64,000 bases of DNA, taken from NCBI RefSeq assembly GCF_016026235.1, contig NZ_CP065613.1; one strand, written 5' to 3'. Positions within the stretch are counted from its first letter, which is position 1. Each line of letters begins with the position of its first letter. The position numbers and the translations under genes were made by a program. This DNA comes from Escherichia coli (lineage in GTDB: Bacteria; Pseudomonadota; Gammaproteobacteria; Enterobacterales; Enterobacteriaceae). This document shows, piece by piece, positions 1-10,705 of this stretch. The notes beneath the pieces were generated by a model. It was not told the DNA's origin and searched no databases. It saw only the letters and a list, made by a program, of their open reading frames with translations.

Positions 1-229
1 TGGTGTCATCCGCGCCCTGGTCAATCACCTTCAACACGTCGCTTTCGCCAATCACGCTGGCGGTAAGCTGAATACCGCCGGTTCCCCAGCCGTACGGCAT
101 CGGCATCTCACGCCCGCCAAACGGCACCTGATAACCGGGGATCGCCACCGCTTTTAAGATGGCGCGGCGGATCATGCGTTTGGTCTGCTCGTCGAGGTAG
201 GCAAAGTTGTAGCCGCTCAGATTAGCCAT
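1..229 (-). CDS. phnJ: C-P lyase subunit PhnJ, 5' portion only (gene continues past window start)
   Basis: Minus-strand ATG at 229..227; translation begins MANLSGYNFAYLDEQ, matching the PhnJ N-terminus; sits immediately downstream of phnI. Confidence 0.85.
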   Translation of the reverse strand, partial: MANLSGYNFAYLDEQTKRMIRRAILKAVAIPGYQVPFGGREMPMPYGWGTGGIQLTASVIGESDVLKVIDQGADDT

Positions 230-1286
230 GGTTCTGCTCCTGTTGCAGACGTTTGAGTAGCTCCAGTTCGGCCTGGAAATCGACGTAGTGCGGGAGTTTG
301 AGGTGCGAGACAAAGCCTGCGGCTTCGACGTTGTCGGCATGCGCCAGCACGAACTCTTCATCCTGCGCCGGGCCTGTCGCGTGCTCGCCGTACTCCGGAG
401 CCTGCAACGCACGATCGACCAGCGCCATCGCCATCGCTTTGCGCTCGCTCATGCCGAACACCAGCCCGTAGCCGCGCGTGAAGTGCGGCGGCTCACCCGG
501 CAGGTCGATAAAACCGTTGATCATTTCACACTCAGTCATCAGCAATTCGCCGACGTTCACCGCAAATCCCAGCTCTTTCGGCACAATCGACACGTCGATG
601 TAACCACTGCGGATTTCACCCGCGAACGGGTGGTTGCGCCCGTAACCGCGCTGGGTGGAGTAGGCCAGCGCCAGCAAATAGCCTTCGTCGCCGCGCATCA
701 ACTGCTGCAAACGGGAAGAACGTGAGCAGGGGTAAACCGGCGGCGTGCGGGTGATGTCATCCGGCTGTGCGCCGCTATCCTCTTCAAACTTCGCCAGCCC
801 CTGACGCGCCAGCAGGCTGAAAACGTGCGGCGACGGCTGTTGTTCGCTGTCGGCGGTGGTCAGTGTCGGCGCTTCGCCGTTTGCCAGCAGGGTGAAATCG
901 AGCAGGCGATGGGTGTAGTCGTAGGTTGGGCCAAGCAACTGGCCGCCGGGAATGTCTTTATAAACCGCCGAAATACGCCGTTCGAGACGCATCCCGGTGG
1001 TGTCGAGCGGCTCGCTTACCGCAAGCTTCGCCAGCGTGGTGCGGTAGGCGCGCAGCAGGAAAATTGCTTCGACGTTATCGCCGCTGGCCTGTTTTAGCGC
1101 CAGCGCCGCCAGTTCGCGGTCGGCAATGCCGCCTTCGGTCATCACGCGATCCACCGCAAGATTAAGCTGCTGTTCAATCTGGGCGACGCTCAGTTCGGGC
1201 AAATCGGTATCGCCCCGGCGTCGGCTCTCTTGCAGGGCGTGGGCGGCGTCGATCGCCTTCTCGCCCCCTTTCACGGCAACGTACAT
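222..1286 (-). CDS. phnI: C-P lyase subunit PhnI
   Basis: ORF 222..1406; internal start [16 protein letters not shown] gives ~354 aa; operon position between phnH and phnJ. Confidence 0.9.
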   Translation of the reverse strand: MYVAVKGGEKAIDAAHALQESRRRGDTDLPELSVAQIEQQLNLAVDRVMTEGGIADRELAALALKQASGDNVEAIFLLRAYRTTLAKLAVSEPLDTTGMRLERRISAVYKDIPGGQLLGPTYDYTHRLLDFTLLANGEAPTLTTADSEQQPSPHVFSLLARQGLAKFEEDSGAQPDDITRTPPVYPCSRSSRLQQLMRGDEGYLLALAYSTQRGYGRNHPFAGEIRSGYIDVSIVPKELGFAVNVGELLMTECEMINGFIDLPGEPPHFTRGYGLVFGMSERKAMAMALVDRALQAPEYGEHATGPAQDEEFVLAHADNVEAAGFVSHLKLPHYVDFQAELELLKRLQQEQNHG

Positions 1287-1870
1287 CAGCACACCTCCAC
1301 ATGAGTGGTTCGCGGAATAGCCAGCAGGCGCTCGCCGCAGGTCAGGATCAGGTCGATGCCGAGCGGGAACGGGTGCGGGCGCTCGGTGAGTTCGTGCAGA
1401 ATGCACTCCGGCAGCTGCGGGGCGATCATTCGTTCTTCGGCAATACCCGCGCCGGTGAGACGCAGCATGCGCCCGCCGCTCAGGCTGGCGACCTGTAAAA
1501 TCAGCGTTGCACCCGCTTCCGGCGCAACGGCGGTGCCGGTGGAAAGGGCGTTAAGCTGTTCGCTGGAAATCGCCTCATCCGTTACCGCGAAGGTCGCCTG
1601 TTCCGGCTGGCTGACCAGCGGCGCGTTGGTATGAAAACGCAGGCTCTGGCTGACTATATCGTTACTTAATGGGGCAGAAAGCCACACCGGCGTGTCGTTA
1701 TCGGCCAGCGTCAGCAGCACGCTGGTGGTGGCGATATTCAGCGGCTGCCAGCCGCGTTTAAGCTGATGCAGGGCGACAATCACGCCCGGCTCGCTCATGG
1801 CCTTTAACAGGCGACGAAAACTGTGCTGGGCATCCTGCACGGGAAGCATAAAAGCGGTTTCCAGGGTCAT
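1286..1870 (-). CDS. phnH: C-P lyase subunit PhnH
   Basis: 194 aa ORF, overlapping start/stop with neighbours in the phn operon. Confidence 0.9.
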   Translation of the reverse strand: MTLETAFMLPVQDAQHSFRRLLKAMSEPGVIVALHQLKRGWQPLNIATTSVLLTLADNDTPVWLSAPLSNDIVSQSLRFHTNAPLVSQPEQATFAVTDEAISSEQLNALSTGTAVAPEAGATLILQVASLSGGRMLRLTGAGIAEERMIAPQLPECILHELTERPHPFPLGIDLILTCGERLLAIPRTTHVEVC

Positions 1871-2319
1871 GCGTTGTCTCCGCGAACCATCGTAAAGAAG
1901 TCGACCCGGCTGGCGTTCACTTCGGCCTGGCGTGCGGCAATGCGTGCCATACGGTCAGCGTCCAGCGGGGCAATAAGCGTTTCTGATAAGTTTTGAAAGT
2001 GGCGAGATTGCTGCATCAGCGCGTCAATCAGCGCGCAGCGTTCGGCGTGCTGTTTGTCGCGCCCCAGCACCCAGCTGTAGCCGAGCGTGCCGTCAGTCAG
2101 GCGTACGGCGGCGCGGGTGAGCGTGGCGTCGCCGGCAAAAAAGCGTTCGCCGGTGCCGCCCATTCGCGCCTGAATCTGCACCAGGCCGGTTTCGGCGGCG
2201 CGGATCACCTCATAGTCGGCGGTGATGTTCAGCGCGTTCAGGCGGGCTGCCAGTTCTGCCGGTTGGCTGTGTGCCAGTACGGACATCCAGTGCTGGCGGG
2301 TCGCGGTATCTGCGTGCAT
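1867..2319 (-). CDS. phnG: C-P lyase subunit PhnG
   Basis: 150 aa ORF in operon order. Confidence 0.9.
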   Translation of the reverse strand: MHADTATRQHWMSVLAHSQPAELAARLNALNITADYEVIRAAETGLVQIQARMGGTGERFFAGDATLTRAAVRLTDGTLGYSWVLGRDKQHAERCALIDALMQQSRHFQNLSETLIAPLDADRMARIAARQAEVNASRVDFFTMVRGDNA

Positions 2320-3045
2320 TCAGTGCTCCATAGTGAATTCAATCATGTCGGCGCGCGTCAGGCTGACGGAGTACTCCGCCGGGCTGCTTTCACCGTCACG
2401 GTGGTTAAGGGTGCGCACGCACAGCAGCGGCGACATATTCGGGATTTCAAGACGCTGGCACTCTTTGGCCTGGGCGCGGCGGGCGCTGATCCGTGTCTGG
2501 CTGCGGCGCAGTGCAATCCCGGTTTGCTCGCGCAGAAAATCGTGCAGCGAGCCGCTGTCGAAGCGTTGCAGCGTCGGCCAGAGGGTGAGGTCCGCGAAGT
2601 AGTGGTCGATTAAACAGAGCGCGATGCCGTTGACCCGGCGCAGGGTGCGCAGGTGGATAACGTTCTCGCCCTCCTTGAACCCCAGCGCGTCAGCGACGTG
2701 ACCGGAGGCCGGGCGCAATACTGACAGCAGTTTTTCGCTGGTGGGATGGCTGCCCTGATCCAGCAGGTTCTGGCTAAAACGCGCCTGGGCGTTGAGCGGG
2801 TAATCGAACGGGCGCATCAGCACCAGTACGCCGACGCCCTGACGGCGCTGTACCCAGCCTTTTTCCACCAGTTGGTCGATGGCGCGGCGCAGGGTGTGGC
2901 GATTTACCTCAAAGCGCGCCGCCAGCTGCTGCTCGGCGGGAAGATAGTCGCCGCAGCGGTAGTGTTGACGAAGCTCCTGCTCAAGTTTTGCGGCTATCTC
3001 CTGATAGCGTGTCGGGTAGCTGGTCGGATGTGTAGACAAGTGCAT
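2320..3045 (-). CDS. phnF: GntR-family repressor of the phn operon
   Basis: 244 aa ORF; likely start MHLSTHPTSYPTRYQEI; HTH-GntR-like N-terminus. Confidence 0.88.
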   Translation of the reverse strand: MHLSTHPTSYPTRYQEIAAKLEQELRQHYRCGDYLPAEQQLAARFEVNRHTLRRAIDQLVEKGWVQRRQGVGVLVLMRPFDYPLNAQARFSQNLLDQGSHPTSEKLLSVLRPASGHVADALGFKEGENVIHLRTLRRVNGIALCLIDHYFADLTLWPTLQRFDSGSLHDFLREQTGIALRRSQTRISARRAQAKECQRLEIPNMSPLLCVRTLNHRDGESSPAEYSVSLTRADMIEFTMEH

Positions 3046-3065
3046 AGCTATCAATGCCTCGCTAA

Positions 3066-3845
3066 TCAGATAAAGTGCTTACGCAACCGTTGAGAGAGGA
3101 AATCCAGCAGGCTGACCGTGACGATAATCAGCACCATCAGGGCGCAGGTTTGCTGGAACTGGAAACCGCGAATCGCTTCCCACAGGGTGACGCCGATCCC
3201 GCCTGCACCGACCATGCCGACGACGGTCGCCGAGCGGACGTTGGATTCGAAGCGATAGAGGGAGTAGGAGATCAGCAGCGGCATCACCTGTGGCAGCACG
3301 CCGTAGAGGATCTCTTCCAGCTTGTTAGCACCGGTGGCGCGAATACCTTCCACCGGGCCGGGTTCGATCGCTTCCACCGCTTCAGAAAGCAGCTTGGAGA
3401 GCACGCCGGTGGTGTGGATAAACAGCGCCAGCACGCCAGCGAACGGGCCGAGGCCGACGGCGACCACGAACAGCATGGCGAAGACCATTTCGTTAATGGC
3501 GCGGCAGGCGTCCATCAGGCGGCGAACGGGCTGGTAAACCCACCACGGCACCAGGTTTTCGGCGCTCATCAGGCCGAAGGGGATGGAGAGAACCACCGCC
3601 AGCGCGGTGCCCCAGACGGCGATTTGCAGCGTGACGGCCATTTCGGTGAGGTAATCCTGCCACTGGCTGAAATCGGGCGGGAAGAAGTCGGCGGCGAATG
3701 TCGCCATGTTGCCGCCGTCTTTAATCAGCGTGAGCGGGGCCATTTCCGCGCCCTGCCACGAGACGACCAACACGGCGAGAACAACGGCCCAGCTCAGAAG
3801 CGAGAACCAGCTGCGCTTGGGTGGGGCGATGGTGATGGTTTGCAT
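3066..3845 (-). CDS. phnE: phosphonate ABC transporter permease, uninterrupted reading frame
   Basis: Continuous ORF 3066..3908; probable start [10 protein letters not shown]; hydrophobic membrane protein; no internal stop or frameshift. Confidence 0.85.
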
Positions 3846-3860
3846 GTTTGGCTCCGGTCT

Positions 3861-3947
3861 GTAGGCCGGATAAGGTGCTTGCACCGCATCCGGCATCAAC
3901 GCCTGCACATTGTCGGATGCGACGCCGGGGCGTCTTATCCGACCTAC
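3861..3947. repeat. REP/BIME palindromic repeats in phnE-phnD intergenic region
   Basis: gtaggccggataagg...gcatccggca and gtcggatgcgacgcc...cttatccgacctac motifs. Confidence 0.7.
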
Positions 3948-3950
3948 GAT

Positions 3951-4967
3951 TTACTGCACCGCTTTACTCACCGAACTCATCGCGCTTAACGCGTTGTTCA
4001 GGCGGTCCAGGTCATCCAGCTGCGCCTGAATCTCGGTGGTTTTTGCCAGCTTGTCCTGCTCATTCAGTCCTTTATTGCTTTTCACGCCCTGCATCTCTTT
4101 AAACAGCGCGAGCTGGCGAATCGGCACCAGTTGCAGGTCGCTGGAAGCGCGGAACGGCGCCCAGCCCAGGCGTTCCAGCACCGCTTTTTCTTCCGGCGTT
4201 TTGCCGTAGTTCATAAAGAAGTCGTAGATCTTGTCTTTGGTGGTTTCGGAAAGGTTTTTACGCCAGACGATCGGATCGCCTGGGATCAGCGGCGACTTCC
4301 AGATCACTTTCAGTTCTTTCAACTTCTCCGGCGCGGAGGTTTTCAGCTTGTCGAGGTTTTCGGTGTTGTTAGTGGCAACATCCACCTGCTTGTTGGCGAC
4401 GGCCAGCGCGTTGGTTTCATGCCCGGCGTTGACGGTGCGCTTAAAGTCGCTGGCGGAGATATTGTTTTTGGCGAAGACGTAGTAGCCGGGGACGAGGAAG
4501 CCGGAGGTAGAGTTAGGATCGCCATTGCCGAAGGTGAGATCTTTTCGCTTGGCCAGCAGATCGTTCAGGTTGTTGATCGGGCTATCTTTGTTGACGATCA
4601 ACACGCTCCAGTAACCCGGCGATCCATCCGCCGCGACGGTCTGGGCGAAGACCTGTCCATTGGCGCGATCCACCGCTTCCATCGCCGACAGGTTGCCGTA
4701 CCAGGCGATATCCACTTTGTTGAAGCGCATTCCCTGGATAATGCCCGCGTAGTCCGGGGCAAAGAAGGCGTTGACCTTCACGCCCAGCTTCTTCTCCATA
4801 TCCTGTAAAAACGGCGTCCATTGCGGTTTCAGGTTTTGCTGTGATTCCGTTGAAATAATGCCGAAATTCAGCGCCTTTTCCTGCTCTTCGGCGTGCGCCG
4901 GGCTAAACAGGGTGCTGAGGCTGAACATGCTGGTGAAGGCCAGCGAGGCAATTATCTTAGCGTTCAT
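3951..4967 (-). CDS. phnD: phosphonate ABC transporter periplasmic binding protein
   Basis: 338 aa ORF with signal peptide (MNAKIIASLAFTSMFSLSTLFSPAHA). Confidence 0.92.
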   Translation of the reverse strand: MNAKIIASLAFTSMFSLSTLFSPAHAEEQEKALNFGIISTESQQNLKPQWTPFLQDMEKKLGVKVNAFFAPDYAGIIQGMRFNKVDIAWYGNLSAMEAVDRANGQVFAQTVAADGSPGYWSVLIVNKDSPINNLNDLLAKRKDLTFGNGDPNSTSGFLVPGYYVFAKNNISASDFKRTVNAGHETNALAVANKQVDVATNNTENLDKLKTSAPEKLKELKVIWKSPLIPGDPIVWRKNLSETTKDKIYDFFMNYGKTPEEKAVLERLGWAPFRASSDLQLVPIRQLALFKEMQGVKSNKGLNEQDKLAKTTEIQAQLDDLDRLNNALSAMSSVSKAVQ

Positions 4968-4991
4968 TCGTTTTCCTCAATGATGGGGATG

Positions 4992-5780
4992 TCAGGCAGC
5001 TTTCGCGTTCTCTTCGACGCGGTTAATGCTGCGGTAGAGATGGTCAAAACGATCGTTATCAAACAATTGGCTGCTGCCGTCGTAGAAGACGTGCCCCTGA
5101 CGCAGGGCGACGATGCGCTCGCAGTAGCGCAGGGCGTAATCCACCTGATGCAGCGTGACGACCACGGTGATGCCGTCGTTCTGGTTGATGTCGCGCAGGG
5201 TGTCCATCACGATGCGCGCCGATTCTGGGTCCAGCGAGGCGATCGGTTCGTCGGCGAGAATCACCTTCGCCTGCTGCATCAGCGCGCGGGCAATCGCTAC
5301 ACGCTGCTGCTGGCCGCCGGAGAGGGTGGAAACGCGCTGATGGGCAAAATGCACCATGCCAACGCGGGTTAGCGCCTGTAATGCGCGCTGTTTCTGCTCG
5401 CGGGTGAAGTAGCTAAAACAGGTGCGCCAGAACGGCGTGCTGCCGAGCGCCCCAATCAGCACGTTCTCCAGTACGCTCAGGCGATTCACCAGGTTGAATT
5501 GTTGGAAGATGTAGCCGGTGTTGGCGCGGCTTTTGCGGATATCGCGGGCCAGGCGGCCTTCGCGCTGGACAGTGCGGCCCAGTAGCTCGATATGGCTACC
5601 GGCGGATTTATCGCCGGTAATCAAACCGCTTAAATGACGTAAAAGGGTGGATTTGCCGGAACCGGACGGCCCAAGCAGAGCCACCATTTCACCATGATGG
5701 ATATTCAGATCAACCGCGTGCAGCGCCTGATGCTGATTGAAGGTTTTGCTCAGTTGTTCGACGCGGATAATCGTTTGCAT
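4992..5780 (-). CDS. phnC: phosphonate ABC transporter ATP-binding protein
   Basis: 262 aa; Walker [10 protein letters not shown] and ABC signature LSGGQQQR. Confidence 0.93.
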   Translation of the reverse strand: MQTIIRVEQLSKTFNQHQALHAVDLNIHHGEMVALLGPSGSGKSTLLRHLSGLITGDKSAGSHIELLGRTVQREGRLARDIRKSRANTGYIFQQFNLVNRLSVLENVLIGALGSTPFWRTCFSYFTREQKQRALQALTRVGMVHFAHQRVSTLSGGQQQRVAIARALMQQAKVILADEPIASLDPESARIVMDTLRDINQNDGITVVVTLHQVDYALRYCERIVALRQGHVFYDGSSQLFDNDRFDHLYRSINRVEENAKAA

Positions 5781-5821
5781 GATGCAGCCTCCCTAAAAAA
5801 GTGGCTCCATCGTGGCGGATT

Positions 5822-5858
5822 ATTGTGACGGTTTGGTTAATGAAAAGTGACTAACAGA
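5822..5858 (-). promoter_or_regulatory. candidate Pho box (PhoB site) upstream of phnC
   Basis: Minus-strand reading CTGTTAGTCAC...CCGTCACAAT resembles direct-repeat Pho box ~40-80 bp upstream of phnC start. Confidence 0.5.
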
Positions 5859-5912
5859 TGAAGAGTTAACGGGAATTCGATGACAGTGCGGGAGGGCGGG
5901 CCTCCCGGCGGA

Positions 5913-6356
5913 TTATTGCGTTGGTTGTTGTTTGACGACATTAATCATCCACGGTACGCCAAATTTATCGGTGACTTTGCCAAAGCCATGCGCCCAGAAA
6001 GTTTCCTGCCAGGCCATTTCGATTTTTCCGTTAGCTGCAAGGTTATCAAACCAGCGTTTTCCTTCTTCGACCTGTTGCGAATCGAGCACCAGCGTAAAGC
6101 CGGAGTAGCTGGCTTTTCCTGACGGCATGGCATCGCTCATCATGATGTCGCTTCCGGCAATGCGCACGTTGGCATGAGCGATTGCGGTATCGGGAAATTG
6201 CATTCCGGAAGGGCAGTTCTCGGCGCTGTCCTGCGCTGATTTTGGCATTTCGCCGAAGCTGATTTTATAGAGCAGTTCAGCGCCCAACGTACGTTGATAA
6301 TAAGCAATTGCGTCGGCACAGTTACCGGCAAAAGAGAGGTAGGGACTTAACGGCAT
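5913..6356 (-). CDS. yjdN: PhnB/YjdN-like protein (glyoxalase-fold)
   Basis: 147 aa ORF; position between phnC and yjdM. Confidence 0.8.
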   Translation of the reverse strand: MPLSPYLSFAGNCADAIAYYQRTLGAELLYKISFGEMPKSAQDSAENCPSGMQFPDTAIAHANVRIAGSDIMMSDAMPSGKASYSGFTLVLDSQQVEEGKRWFDNLAANGKIEMAWQETFWAHGFGKVTDKFGVPWMINVVKQQPTQ

Positions 6357-6418
6357 GATGGTGACCTCAGTTAAGAGAAGCCAGTTAAGTGTAGTTCGAA
6401 ATTTGTACAGATGAGAGG

Positions 6419-6599
<181 letters not shown>

Positions 6600-6613
6600 C
6601 GATCACAATACAA

Positions 6614-6949
6614 TCAGTTCTTTTTCACGAACTCAGATTTCAGTTTCATCGGACCAAAACCGTCGATTTTGCAATCGATGTTATGGTCGCCTTCAACCAG
6701 GCGGATGTTTTTCACTTTGGTGCCAATTTTCAGCATCGAAGAGCTACCTTTCACCTTCAGATCTTTAATGATGGTAACGCTGTCGCCGTCAGCCAGCAGA
6801 TTGCCGTTAGCATCTTTAACGATCAGCTCATCGCTTTCCTGTGCAGGTTCTGCGTCGTTCCATTCGTAGGCACATTCCGGGCAGATGTACATGCCGTTAT
6901 CTTCGTAGGTGTATTCGGAGTTGCATTTTGGGCAGTGTGGTAATGACAT
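6614..6949 (-). CDS. yjdM: PhnA/YjdM zinc-ribbon protein
   Basis: Start [30 protein letters not shown] (two CxxC pairs); 111 aa. Confidence 0.88.
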
Positions 6950-7350
6950 GTGGATTTCCTCAAAAGTCAGCAGGGCAAAAGCGCCAAAAAACGGCAGATT
7001 GCCGAAAAAGGCCGCAATTATACACAAAATCCCTGAGTTTGTCGGGGGTACTGCTGATTTTAGACGACGATCGTTTTCATTTGAAAGGAAACGCAAAAAG
7101 AAAATAATCTTTTTGCCTCCATTTATTATTTAAGATAAGGTTAATGCTCTACTTGTTCTTTTTTTTATTCACATGATATTTTTATCTTTCTGACGTTTTA
7201 AACGTATCGGAAGATGTTATTTATTCTAATAAAAAACAACACTCTAAATATAAAATTATTTCTTGCAGTAATTATAAAAGCCGAAAACAGAACTCAAAAA
7301 CAATCTGGCTAAATAAAAGTAATAAAATTTGCTTTAAGGAAGAATTTTCT

Positions 7351-9579
7351 ATGTACACACAGACCCTGTATGAGTTAAGTCAGGAGGCTGAACGCCTGTT
7401 ACAGCTTTCTCGCCAACAGTTGCAGTTACTGGAAAAAATGCCTCTCTCTGTACCCAGAGACGATGCGCCACAACGGGCTTTACCCTGGAGTCAGCCTAAT
7501 ATCGCCGAACGTCACGCGATGCTGAATAATGAGTTGCGTAAAATTTCCCGACTGGAAATGGTGCTGGCGATTGTCGGTACCATGAAAGCAGGGAAATCAA
7601 CCACCATTAATGCCATTGTTGGTACGGAGGTACTGCCTAATCGCAATCGCCCAATGACTGCGCTGCCGACGCTTATTCGCCATACACCCGGGCAAAAAGA
7701 ACCGGTACTGCATTTTTCACATGTCGCGCCAATCGATTGTTTAATTCAAAAATTACAACAGCGCCTGCGTGATTGCGATATTAAGCATCTGACCGATGTG
7801 CTGGAAATAGATAAAGATATGCGTGCGCTTATGCAGCGGATCGAAAATGGCGTCGCTTTCGAAAAATATTATCTGGGTGCCCAGCCTATTTTTCATTGTC
7901 TGAAAAGTTTGAATGATTTAGTGCGACTGGCGAAGGCGCTGGACGTCGATTTTCCTTTTTCTGCTTACGCCGCCATTGAGCATATTCCCGTGATTGAAGT
8001 GGAGTTTGTCCATCTGGCGGGGCTGGAGAGTTATCCCGGTCAGTTGACGTTACTGGATACCCCCGGGCCAAATGAAGCCGGGCAACCGCATCTGCAAAAA
8101 ATGCTTAACCAGCAGCTGGCTCGCGCCTCGGCGGTACTGGCGGTGCTGGATTATACGCAACTGAAATCGATCTCCGATGAAGAGGTCCGTGAGGCGATTT
8201 TGGCGGTGGGGCAATCGGTGCCGCTGTATGTGCTGGTCAATAAGTTCGATCAACAGGATCGTAACAGTGACGACGCCGACCAGGTGCGGGCACTGATTTC
8301 CGGGACGCTGATGAAAGGCTGTATTACGCCACAGCAGATATTTCCGGTGTCGTCGATGTGGGGCTACCTGGCAAATCGGGCGCGCCATGAGTTAGCCAAC
8401 AACGGTAAGTTACCACCGCCAGAGCAACAACGCTGGGTGGAAGATTTTGCCCATGCCGCGCTCGGCAGGCGCTGGCGTCATGCCGATCTGGCGGACCTCG
8501 AACATATTCGTCATGCTGCCGATCAGTTGTGGGAAGATTCGCTGTTCGCCCAGCCAATTCAGATGTTGCTTCATGCCGCTTACGCTAACGCCTCGTTGTA
8601 TGCTCTGCGATCTGCCGCGCATAAACTGTTGAATTACGCGCAGCAGGCGCGGGAATACCTGGATTTTCGTGCGCACGGGTTAAACGTCGCTTGTGAACAA
8701 TTGCGGCAAAATATCCACCAGATCGAAGAAAGTTTGCAGCTATTGCAACTCAATCAGGCGCAGGTGAGCGGCGAGATTAAACATGAAATCGAGCTGGCCC
8801 TGACCTCCGCCAACCACTTTCTGCGTCAACAGCAAGATGCGCTGAAGGTGCAGTTAGCCGCCTTGTTTCAGGATGATTCGGAGCCGTTAAGCGAGATGCG
8901 TACCCACTGTGAGACACTGTTACAGACGGCGCAGAACACCATCAGTCGCGACTTTACGCTGCGTTTTGCCGAGCTGGAATCCACCCTTTGCCGAGTGTTA
9001 ACCGATGTTATTCGCCCCATTGAGCAACAAGTCAAAATGGAATTGAGCGAGTCAGGGTTTCGTCCTGGGTTTCATTTTCCTGTTTTTCACGGAGTAGTTC
9101 CCCACGTCAACACTCGCCAGCTGTTCAGTGAAGTCATTTCGCGCCAGGAGGCAACGGACGAGCAGAGCACGCGTTTAGGCGTTGTGCGTGAGACTTTTTC
9201 GCGCTGGTTGAATCAGCCCGACTGGGGATGGGGAAATGAGAAATCCCCGACAGAAACGGTTGATTACAGTGTGTTGCAACGAGCATTAAGCGCAGAAGTC
9301 GATCTTTATTGCCAACAAATGGCTAAAGTTCTGGCAGAGCAGGTCGATGAATCTGTTACGGCAGGCATGAATACTTTTTTCGCTGAGTTCGCTTCATGTT
9401 TGACGGAATTACAGACGCGTTTACGCGAAAGCCTGGCTCTGCGTCAACAAAATGAATCGGTGGTCAGGCTGATGCAGCAGCAATTGCAGCAGACTGTGAT
9501 GACTCACGGCTGGATTTACACCGACGCCCAGCTGTTACGCGATGATATTCAAACACTTTTCACGGCAGAACGATATTGA
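7351..9579 (+). CDS. crfC: dynamin-like GTPase (CrfC/YjdA)
   Basis: 742 aa ORF; P-loop GTMKAGKSTTINAIVG; long coiled-coil C-terminal half. Confidence 0.88.
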   Translation: MYTQTLYELSQEAERLLQLSRQQLQLLEKMPLSVPRDDAPQRALPWSQPNIAERHAMLNNELRKISRLEMVLAIVGTMKAGKSTTINAIVGTEVLPNRNRPMTALPTLIRHTPGQKEPVLHFSHVAPIDCLIQKLQQRLRDCDIKHLTDVLEIDKDMRALMQRIENGVAFEKYYLGAQPIFHCLKSLNDLVRLAKALDVDFPFSAYAAIEHIPVIEVEFVHLAGLESYPGQLTLLDTPGPNEAGQPHLQKMLNQQLARASAVLAVLDYTQLKSISDEEVREAILAVGQSVPLYVLVNKFDQQDRNSDDADQVRALISGTLMKGCITPQQIFPVSSMWGYLANRARHELANNGKLPPPEQQRWVEDFAHAALGRRWRHADLADLEHIRHAADQLWEDSLFAQPIQMLLHAAYANASLYALRSAAHKLLNYAQQAREYLDFRAHGLNVACEQLRQNIHQIEESLQLLQLNQAQVSGEIKHEIELALTSANHFLRQQQDALKVQLAALFQDDSEPLSEMRTHCETLLQTAQNTISRDFTLRFAELESTLCRVLTDVIRPIEQQVKMELSESGFRPGFHFPVFHGVVPHVNTRQLFSEVISRQEATDEQSTRLGVVRETFSRWLNQPDWGWGNEKSPTETVDYSVLQRALSAEVDLYCQQMAKVLAEQVDESVTAGMNTFFAEFASCLTELQTRLRESLALRQQNESVVRLMQQQLQQTVMTHGWIYTDAQLLRDDIQTLFTAERY

Positions 9580-10442
9580 CCAAGACGTTACTGGACGGCC
9601 CCGGTCGCGTGCTGGAGTCGGTTTATCCCCGCTTTTTAGTGGATCTGGCGCAGGGCGATGATGCCCGCCTTCCACAAGCCCATCAGCAGCAGTTTCGTGA
9701 ACGACTGATGCAGGAACTTCTTTCGCGTGTGCAGCTTCAGACATGGACGAACGGCGGCATGTTAAATGCGCCGCTTAGCCTGCGACTGACAATGGTGGAA
9801 AAACTGGCGTCGATGCTGGATCCCGGTCATCTGGCGCTGACGCAGATCGCGCAGCATCTGGCGCTGCTGCAAAAAATGGATCACCGCCAGCACTCTGCTT
9901 TCCCGGAGCTCCCCCAGCAAATTGCCGCCTTGTATGAGTGGTTTTCAGCCCGTTGTCGCTGGAAGGAAAAGGCGTTAACGCAACGAGGCCTACTGGTGCA
10001 GGCAGGTGATCAGAGCGAGCAAATTTTTACCCGCTGGCGTGCTGGGGCGTATAACGCCTGGTCGTTGCCTGGGCGCTGTTTTATCGTTCTCGAAGAGTTG
10101 CGCTGGGGTGCATTTGGCGATGCCTGCCGTCTGGGAAGCCCGCAAGCGGTGGTGTTGTTGCTGGGTGATTTGCGCGAGAAAGCGACACAACATCTGGCAG
10201 AGAGTATCAATGCGGCACCGACCACGCGTCACTATTACCATCAGTGGTTTGCCTCTTCGGGAGGGGAGCATGCTGATTTTTTAAGTTGGCTGGGAAAGTG
10301 GTCCATGGCAGATAAACAGCCCGTTTGCTGGTCAGTGACCCAACGCTGGCAAACAGTCGCGCTGGGGATGCCACGACTCTGTTCAGCGCAGCGTTTGGTG
10401 GGGGCAATGGTCGAGGAAATCTTCTCTGTAAATTTGGCGTAA
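9576..10442 (+). CDS. yjcZ: YjcZ, partner protein of CrfC
   Basis: 288 aa ORF overlapping crfC stop by 4 nt (translationally coupled). Confidence 0.8.
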   Translation: MTKTLLDGPGRVLESVYPRFLVDLAQGDDARLPQAHQQQFRERLMQELLSRVQLQTWTNGGMLNAPLSLRLTMVEKLASMLDPGHLALTQIAQHLALLQKMDHRQHSAFPELPQQIAALYEWFSARCRWKEKALTQRGLLVQAGDQSEQIFTRWRAGAYNAWSLPGRCFIVLEELRWGAFGDACRLGSPQAVVLLLGDLREKATQHLAESINAAPTTRHYYHQWFASSGGEHADFLSWLGKWSMADKQPVCWSVTQRWQTVALGMPRLCSAQRLVGAMVEEIFSVNLA

Positions 10443-10705
10443 ATAATCAGTTACATCAATGAGTCCTAAACGAAATCCATGTGTGAAGTTGATCACAAAT
10501 TTAAACACTGGTAGGGTAAAAAGGTCATTAACTGCCCAATTCAGGCGTCAACTGGTTTGATTGTACATTCCTTAACCGGAGGGTGTAAGCAAACCCGCTA
10601 CGCTTGTTACAGAGATTGCATCCTGCAATTCCCGCTCCCCTTTTGCGGCCGTCGCGCTGATTTTTCTGGCGTTTGCGGAAATGGGCCAACTCTGCGAGGA
10701 AAGCT

